The notes beneath the pieces were generated by a model. That model ran no database searches and was not told the origin of the DNA. It saw nothing but the letters and a program-made list of their open reading frames with translations. Shown here piece after piece: positions 58,091 through 64,000 of a stretch of DNA of 64,000 bases; the stretch's first letter is position 1; every line of letters starts with the position of its first letter. Source of the DNA: Rubripirellula sp. GTDB taxonomy: Bacteria; Planctomycetota; Planctomycetia; Pirellulales; Pirellulaceae. A program made the translations under genes and the position numbers. The stretch lies in contig OZ244207.1 of the NCBI GenBank assembly GCA_965216875.1, positions 7,008,001 to 7,072,000 on the forward strand. Reading direction: 5' to 3'.

Positions 58091-60979
58091 TTAGTTCAAA
58101 TACCGAAAGTCGAGGCTTTGAAACAACGTTTGGTACAACATCGCCCACCGCGCTTCCGTGTTTTTGTCGCTTCTAACAAATTCGGTTGCAATCGACTTTT
58201 CGCTTGACGAGGGCATGCGCCCCAGGACTTGCAAGAACGCCCTGTCGATCGCTTCGCCATCAGGGAGTTGAGAATCGTTCAGGTTGATCGCCGCCGTCTT
58301 TGCTCGTTCCAGAACGAAAGGATGGTTCATCATCCAAAGGGCCTGCGAAGCGATCGTGCTCGAGTTGCGTTTGCCGTTTTGGATGTTGGGGTCGGCAAAA
58401 TCGAAGACTTCAAACACTTCCGGAAGCGTGTTGCGAAAGACCGGCACATAAACGCTGCGGCGTTTACTTTCGAACTTGTAGCCGTATTCGGATTTTGTGC
58501 CCGGTTTGATGTTTGAACCGCCAAGACCAGTTTCGAGTTCGTTCGACACAAACAACATCGTGTCGCGAATGTCTTCGGCACGTAGTCGTTTTCGATTGAA
58601 CCGCCCGTACCATTGGTTTTGGGGGTCCGACTCACGAAGCTTGTCGGTCGCCGTCGAACTGAGCTGGTAGGTGCGAGACAGGACGATGCGTCGAATCAGC
58701 GATTTGGTCGACCAGCCATCGTTTCGGAGCGTCGTGGCAAGGTGATCAAGTAGTTCTGGATGCGTTGGCGCTTCACCCATGCTGCCAAAGTTGTCGACCG
58801 TGGGGACGATGCCGCGCCCCATCAGCCAATACCAAACACGGTTCGCCATCACTCGGGGCGTCAGCGGGTTATCGTCGGCGGTGAGCCAAGCAGCGAGTTC
58901 GGCCCGGCCACTCTGGCCGTCTGGGATTTTTCCAAAGGACCCGGTGGGCGTCACTTGCAGAACACCTCGGGGCGTGATCGGGCCTTGGTTGTGAACGACT
59001 CCGCGAATGGCCAAAGGAATGTCGCCGGCATCTTCATCGTCGGTCGTCGCCATTGCGAGCGGTCGCTTTGGTGCGTTTGCTTCCAGCTTCTTGAGCGACT
59101 TTTCGAGAGTGTCGACGGTCTTCTTGAGACGCTCGATCTCCGCAAGCTTTTCGGCATCGAGTTTGGAGCCAAGGTTTGGGTCTTGCGGAACAATCTCGTC
59201 GTTTCGGAAGACAACACTATCGGCAATCACAACGCCATCGTCGGTCGCCGTGTTGTCGATCACCACGCGAGCCGAAGATTCTTTGAAAGTGAACGTCCCC
59301 AAGCTGACAAACGAACCATCGATCGGTGGACGCTGTCGCTGGTTGATCCTGACGGTCGTCGTTCCCGACTGATGGTGAACATGAACCGGAACGTCGGTCG
59401 CGCGATTGCCCGACGCTGTGTAGCTGACACGCACTTCGTAGTTGCCCGGCGACGGCAACGACGCATTGAAGATGACTTGTTTGGCGCCCTTTCCGTCAGT
59501 CGCGTCATGGATGTAGTTCTGGCCAACGAAGCCGTTGATCGAGGTGGAGGTGGTCCAGTCGCCGACCAATTGAGCTTCGGCGTCGTCGACGACGATCCCG
59601 GGAATCGAGTCGGGATCGATCGCTTGTTTCTTTTTGGTGTTGGAAGCCAAGCCGCCCGCTTTCTTCCAGTCGTTGGTTGCCTGAGCAAGATCGGTTTTCA
59701 GCTGGGCGATTCTTGCTGCGTGCTTGTCGATCTTCGCTTGCAGTTGCGGCTCGACGGGCAACTCTGCCTTGTTCCAAGTCGAAACGTTCGAATGAATCAT
59801 CGCCTTGGTGCTTTTCAAGATGCCAGCCAACGCGTAGTAGTCGTGAGCTGGAATCGGATCAAACTTGTGATCGTGGCATCGGGCGCAACCGATTGTCATG
59901 CCAAGCAGCCCTTTGCCAATCGTGTCGAGCTGTTCGTCGACGACGTCCATTTCCAAAACGTCTTTGTCTTGGAGTTCGTAGTTGGTTGGCCCGAGCAACA
60001 GGTAGGCGGTAGCGGTAAGTTTTCGCCGTCGGTCTTGCCAATCATCGGCGGGGATGAGGTCGCCTGCGATTTGTTCCTGCAAGAATTGGTTGTACGGCAC
60101 GTCGGCGTTGAAACAATCGATCACGTAATCGCGGTAACGCCATGCATTGGGAAACAGCAGCGTGCGGCCGCCGCCACTCGATTCGGCATAACGAACAACA
60201 TCAAGCCAATGACGCCCCCAACGTTGACCGAATTGAGGTGAGTCGAGTAGTCGATCGACGACCTGCTCAAACGCCTCGGGTGTTGGATCCTTGGCAAATG
60301 CCCGAACGTCTTCCGGTCTCGGCGGCAATCCGGTCAAGTCATAGTGAACGCGTCGCAGCAACGTTTGCGGGTCGGCGTCGATTCCAGGTTCCAAGTCTTG
60401 TTGGTCAAGTTTCGCGTGAACAAAGCGATCGATGTCACTGCGCGCCCACGCGTTCGGCGTTTGAGGGACGGGCGGGTTCTCGATCGGTTGGAAGGACCAG
60501 AACGATCTTCCTTGTTCAACCGTTGGCGAAAGGTGGGCGTTGGGGGCCTTCTGATTGTTCGTTCTTGGATCCGCTGCGCCCGATTCCACCCATTGTTCGA
60601 GTGCTTTGATCGTGCGGGATGGAAGGGCGCCTTTTGGAGGCATTTCCCAACCGCCGTCGTAACGGATGGCTTGAATCAGCAAACTCTCATCAGGCTTGCC
60701 TGGAACGATAGCAGGGCCTGAGTCGCCACCGGCTAGGAGTGATTGCCTTGAATCAACGCGCAGACCGCCCTGTTGTTTCTTGTCGCCATGACATCGCACG
60801 CAATGTTCAAGCAAGGTGGGGCGAACAACCTTCTCGAAAATCTCGAGCGAACGAGTGTCGTCGCCGATCGCAGGAGATGCGATGGCCAGGCACATGCTGA
60901 GCGCCGCAACCCACCTTCTGGCGAAGGTAGCTACGACGTGCGTGCAGACGCGGAGGGAGGGAGAGGAAGGCGGGAGCAT
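58091..60979 (-). CDS. Planctomycete cytochrome c + DUF1549/DUF1553 protein with an inserted beta-sandwich domain
   Basis: CVRCH haem motif, WGRHWLDVVRYAES, CARCHDHKFDPI, RVMANRVW, PTHPELLD, RRSVY; probable start 60979. Confidence 0.9.
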   Translation of the reverse strand: MLPPSSPSLRVCTHVVATFARRWVAALSMCLAIASPAIGDDTRSLEIFEKVVRPTLLEHCVRCHGDKKQQGGLRVDSRQSLLAGGDSGPAIVPGKPDESLLIQAIRYDGGWEMPPKGALPSRTIKALEQWVESGAADPRTNNQKAPNAHLSPTVEQGRSFWSFQPIENPPVPQTPNAWARSDIDRFVHAKLDQQDLEPGIDADPQTLLRRVHYDLTGLPPRPEDVRAFAKDPTPEAFEQVVDRLLDSPQFGQRWGRHWLDVVRYAESSGGGRTLLFPNAWRYRDYVIDCFNADVPYNQFLQEQIAGDLIPADDWQDRRRKLTATAYLLLGPTNYELQDKDVLEMDVVDEQLDTIGKGLLGMTIGCARCHDHKFDPIPAHDYYALAGILKSTKAMIHSNVSTWNKAELPVEPQLQAKIDKHAARIAQLKTDLAQATNDWKKAGGLASNTKKKQAIDPDSIPGIVVDDAEAQLVGDWTTSTSINGFVGQNYIHDATDGKGAKQVIFNASLPSPGNYEVRVSYTASGNRATDVPVHVHHQSGTTTVRINQRQRPPIDGSFVSLGTFTFKESSARVVIDNTATDDGVVIADSVVFRNDEIVPQDPNLGSKLDAEKLAEIERLKKTVDTLEKSLKKLEANAPKRPLAMATTDDEDAGDIPLAIRGVVHNQGPITPRGVLQVTPTGSFGKIPDGQSGRAELAAWLTADDNPLTPRVMANRVWYWLMGRGIVPTVDNFGSMGEAPTHPELLDHLATTLRNDGWSTKSLIRRIVLSRTYQLSSTATDKLRESDPQNQWYGRFNRKRLRAEDIRDTMLFVSNELETGLGGSNIKPGTKSEYGYKFESKRRSVYVPVFRNTLPEVFEVFDFADPNIQNGKRNSSTIASQALWMMNHPFVLERAKTAAINLNDSQLPDGEAIDRAFLQVLGRMPSSSEKSIATEFVRSDKNTEARWAMLYQTLFQSLDFRYLN
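60911..60934 (-). repeat. REP family B element in the 5' coding region of the DUF1553 gene
   Basis: Exact GTAGCTACCTTCGCCAGAAGGTGG, identical to the intergenic copies at 22196, 23880 and 38017. Confidence 0.9.
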
Positions 60980-61042
60980 CGGGCTATTATAGACCAACCC
61001 AAATGTTCGAATCGAAGCCAATATTGATAAAGATCCAGTCGG

Positions 61043-61390
61043 ATGAAGCAAGGCAACCTGTTCGCTGAGATTGATTCCTCGTCGACTGAGGAATCTTTCG
61101 AAACTCTCGTAAAAGCCGGGAAGATTCGAGTTGAACGCATCGTCTCGACGGGCCAATCGAGCCCCGAAGGCGATTGGTATGACCAAGACGAAGCGGAATG
61201 GGTGATGGTGGTTTCCGGTGCAGCAGTCCTGCGGTTCCAAGAAAGCCCGAATGACTTGGAGGTTGGACCAAGTGACGTCGAGATGCGACCTGGTGATTGG
61301 GTTAACATTCCCCCGCATTGCAAACACCGTGTCGAGTCGACCTCAAAGCAAACACCCACCGTCTGGCTCGCAGTGTTCTACAACGATTGA
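61043..61390 (+). CDS. Cupin domain protein
   Basis: RVERIVSTGQSSP..WYDQDEAEWVMVVSG, PGDWVNIPPHCKHRV. Confidence 0.88.
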   Translation: MKQGNLFAEIDSSSTEESFETLVKAGKIRVERIVSTGQSSPEGDWYDQDEAEWVMVVSGAAVLRFQESPNDLEVGPSDVEMRPGDWVNIPPHCKHRVESTSKQTPTVWLAVFYND

Positions 61391-61507
61391 TCCTCATCAG
61401 CGGCAACGTGCGTACCCACAATCACCCTCCCGCTTGCGGCAAGGGCCCGTAGCCTGACGGCCAGCGGCTCACGGGCACTGCCCAATCTGCGCAAGAAGTT
61501 GCTCTGG

Positions 61508-61523
61508 TGGCACGAGGATTGCA
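61508..61523 (+). promoter_or_regulatory. Sigma54-like promoter motif
   Basis: TGGCACGAGGATTGCA, exact consensus and spacing, but the next gene is on the opposite strand. Confidence 0.45.
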
Positions 61524-61584
61524 ATCCGCAGCACGAGCGCCTTGCCGCTCAGGTGTGGGAATTGAATTGCAGGCGTTTTGCCGT

Positions 61585-61920
61585 TCAGGAGGCTGTGGTT
61601 TCAACCAGAAAGAGCGTTGTTGTCTTGATCGTTTTGTGGTGGCGATGGCGATGCGGCTCGCCCGCTGGGATCACCAACGCGTCACCAGCGCGAAAGGTTG
61701 TGAGTGTTCCCGCGATCTTGACGACCATCTCGCCTGAAACGACGTAGCCGGTATGCCCACAGGTGCAGTCTTCGGTTTCTTCAAAGTCGATACCGTATTC
61801 CACAAGACGAAGACGGACGGAGCCCTCTTGGTGAGTTTTTTGCCGTAGGCCTTGCGCAATGGATTGCCATGGCAACGGATCGAACACGATACGGCACGGA
61901 ATGTTAGGCTGGTTGTTCAT
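61585..61920 (-). CDS. Cupin domain protein
   Basis: CTCGHTGYVVSGEM, FRAGDALVIPAGEPHRH. Confidence 0.8.
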   Translation of the reverse strand: MNNQPNIPCRIVFDPLPWQSIAQGLRQKTHQEGSVRLRLVEYGIDFEETEDCTCGHTGYVVSGEMVVKIAGTLTTFRAGDALVIPAGEPHRHRHHKTIKTTTLFLVETTAS

Positions 61921-62044
61921 CTGGGCGAACCCTTTGGGGTGCTCTGTGTCGCAGACGATGTCGGGCACTTCAAACTCACAATGTGACAGAGATCCATTCT
62001 TTCGTCAGGTTCGCTATTTGCAATGCTCGCCGGAGGTTCCACTC

Positions 62045-62608
62045 ATGTCGTCTTCCAACTCATCAGCCGTTCCTCCGGACAACCCAGCTGGCGAATTTGA
62101 ACTCCACCGCGACTTTGATTCGGGCGTGCAAAGGATACTGATTGCGTTAATTGCTGACGCACCCGGTCAATTGCGCGCTGCAACCACCGGACTCGACGAC
62201 AACCAGCTCGACACGAAATACAAAAACTGGACCATCCGCCAGATCACTCATCACCTGGCCGACAGTCACCTGCACAGCATGATTCGATTCAAATGGGCGC
62301 TGACCGAGGAGAATCCGTTGATCAAGGCCTACGAAGAAGCGGATTGGGTGCGCCTCGATGATTGTGCGGCGGGAGCAGTCGGTCCAGCGATCGCCATGCT
62401 TGAAGGGTTGCACACAAAATGGGTGCAAGTTCTTGAGTCGATGACGGCCGAGCAATACGCTCGCACGTTTCGGCACCCTCAATCAGGCGAAACCGTTTCC
62501 CTCTGGGAGGCATTGAACTATTACGCGTGGCATGGCCGCCACCATACGGCACAGATTCGGTGGTTGCGGCAAACCAACGATTGGGATTCAGTAGGGGGAG
62601 GTGATTGA
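62045..62608 (+). CDS. DinB/YfiT family protein (bacillithiol S-transferase-like)
   Basis: WTIRQITHHLADSH, RFKWALTEENPLIKAYEE, YAWHGRHH; GGAGG SD. Confidence 0.87.
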   Translation: MSSSNSSAVPPDNPAGEFELHRDFDSGVQRILIALIADAPGQLRAATTGLDDNQLDTKYKNWTIRQITHHLADSHLHSMIRFKWALTEENPLIKAYEEADWVRLDDCAAGAVGPAIAMLEGLHTKWVQVLESMTAEQYARTFRHPQSGETVSLWEALNYYAWHGRHHTAQIRWLRQTNDWDSVGGGD

Positions 62609-63300
62609 TGACGATTCCTCATGAGCAACAAGTCGGCACGTTCTTTGATCAATTGACCGACGACTACACCGCGACGATTGAACGTTGCTTTCCTCGCTAC
62701 CGGGAAATGCTATGGGCGGTTCTCGATTACATTCCCGACGTATTTGATCCGAAGCGAATCCTTGAGCTCGGGTGCGGTACGGGAAACTTGTCCGTGCTGG
62801 TTGCGGCTCGATTTCCGAACGCGGAAATCTGCTGCGTCGATCTTGCGGGTGAATCACTCGAGGAGTGCGGAAGGCGACTTGGCGGCGCCGATCGCGTGAC
62901 GCTGCAGCAGGCCGATTTTCGAGAGCTTGAATACGATTCGGGCGAGTTTGACTTGATCGTGTCGAGCATCGCAGTACACCACTTGGATGCAACAGGCAAA
63001 CAGGCGTTATTCGGCAAAATGAACCGTTGGTTGTCGCCTCAGGGGATGTTCGTCTATGCCGATCAACATCGAGGCGCGTCGGATGATGTTTATCGCCGAC
63101 ACATCGACAACTGGAAAGAACTTTCGCTGCAAGCGGGTTCGAGTGAAGAGGAGTGGGCGATGTGGATGCAGCATCAAGCCGATCACGATCATCACGATAC
63201 CCTCGTCGACCAACTTTCTTGGTTGCAAGAGGCGGGCTTTACCAGCGTCGATTGCGTCTGGCGCTATCTACTTTGGGCAGTCGTTCAAGCGCGGCGGTAG
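62608..63300 (+). CDS. Class I SAM-dependent methyltransferase
   Basis: ILELGCGTG, FDLIVSSIAVHHL, LSPQGMFVYAD; TGATG coupling to the DinB gene. Confidence 0.9.
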   Translation: MTIPHEQQVGTFFDQLTDDYTATIERCFPRYREMLWAVLDYIPDVFDPKRILELGCGTGNLSVLVAARFPNAEICCVDLAGESLEECGRRLGGADRVTLQQADFRELEYDSGEFDLIVSSIAVHHLDATGKQALFGKMNRWLSPQGMFVYADQHRGASDDVYRRHIDNWKELSLQAGSSEEEWAMWMQHQADHDHHDTLVDQLSWLQEAGFTSVDCVWRYLLWAVVQARR

Positions 63301-63432
63301 ATTGGTGTTGCGGTGGTGGAAGATTGACATTGCCGGCTAGCCAGATAAGCTGCGTCGCGGTCGACGAGTTTGCGTTGGCCAGCCACCACCACCACAACTA
63401 CTTCCCTCCTTGTAAAAATGGATTCCGCGTCC

Positions 63433-64000
63433 ATGTCATACCGCATTGAATGTTGCGGGCGCAGACTTCTTGTCTTCATTGCTGCCCTTTGCCTTTTAAG
63501 TTGCCTTCCTTCGGCTTGGGCCGACAGTCTTCGTCCCAACATCGTCTTGATGATGGCCGATGACATGGGGATGGGTGACACGAGCGCCTATCAAGACTTC
63601 ACGGGCAACTCCGATGACGACCAAGTGCACACGCCCGCGATGCAGCGGTTGGCGAATATGGGGGTGCGGTTCACCGATGCTCATACACCTTCATCACGTT
63701 GCTCGCCAACACGCTACGCACTATTGACAGGGCGGTACCCGTGGCGCAATCGGCTCAAGCATTGGGTGCTGTTCGGTGTTCAAGGCGATCCGATGATTGA
63801 ACGTGATCGGCCAACCATTGCGACGCTGCTGAAAAAGAGCGGATACCGAACGGGTCTGTTTGGCAAGTGGCACGTTGGCCTTCGCTATCGGCAAAGTGAT
63901 GGGCGACCAGCCGATGGATGGATCGACGCTGACCTGACTCAGCCCATGTTTGACACGCCCGCCGATCATGGTTTTGACGTTTGCCGCTTCACCTCTCGGT
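63433..64000 (+). CDS. Sulfatase, N-terminal part (runs off the right edge)
   Basis: Translated by hand: signal peptide, RPNIVLMMADDMG, CSPTRYALLTGRY, GKWHVG; alternative ATG at 63418. Confidence 0.9.
   Translation, partial: MSYRIECCGRRLLVFIAALCLLSCLPSAWADSLRPNIVLMMADDMGMGDTSAYQDFTGNSDDDQVHTPAMQRLANMGVRFTDAHTPSSRCSPTRYALLTGRYPWRNRLKHWVLFGVQGDPMIERDRPTIATLLKKSGYRTGLFGKWHVGLRYRQSDGRPADGWIDADLTQPMFDTPADHGFDVCRFTSR

Noticed and set aside
58760..60241. 493-aa plus-strand ORF
   Set aside because: Antisense to the well-supported DUF1549/DUF1553 gene
60980..61327. N-terminal 116 aa of the 1078-aa ORF call
   Set aside because: Overlaps the cupin gene on the opposite strand; a start at 60979 fits the -10 box and signal peptide
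63307..63398. 13-bp inverted repeat (GTTGCGGTGGTGG / CCACCACCACAAC)
   Set aside because: Low complexity, single occurrence, long loop; cannot be supported as a functional element

Overview
GC-rich bacterial chromosome segment, very likely a marine planctomycete of the Pirellulaceae type (inferred from the DUF1501 + DUF1549/DUF1553 pair, sulfatases, eukaryote-type UDP-GlcNAc pyrophosphorylase and Ser/Thr kinase). It holds about 45 CDSs. These are a type II secretion cluster (gspD-E-F-G-H-I-J-K-C-L, running off the left edge), NAD salvage (pncB, pncA), an LptD-like protein, dgkA, cutA, MacAB-like ABC/HlyD genes, purU, hisS, lnt, an EF-G2-like paralogue and planctomycete hypothetical proteins. 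I saw no rRNA, tRNA, CRISPR array, transposase or prophage. The most striking unannotated layer is a set of at least eight families of short palindromic REP-like repeats, most starting with GTAG. They form inverted pairs and nested mosaic arrays. They supply the stop codon of five genes and sit in frame in three ORFs, two of them in predicted cleavable leader peptides. Three of the families share an identical GCGGAGC hairpin cap. Other leads are a consensus sigma54 promoter upstream of a lone 66-aa ORF, a second sigma54 site pointing antisense into a cupin gene, an EF-G paralogue with a degenerate GTPase centre and a domain IV insertion, and an HlyD adaptor with C-terminal EF-hands. All calls come from reading motifs by eye; no database searches were run.
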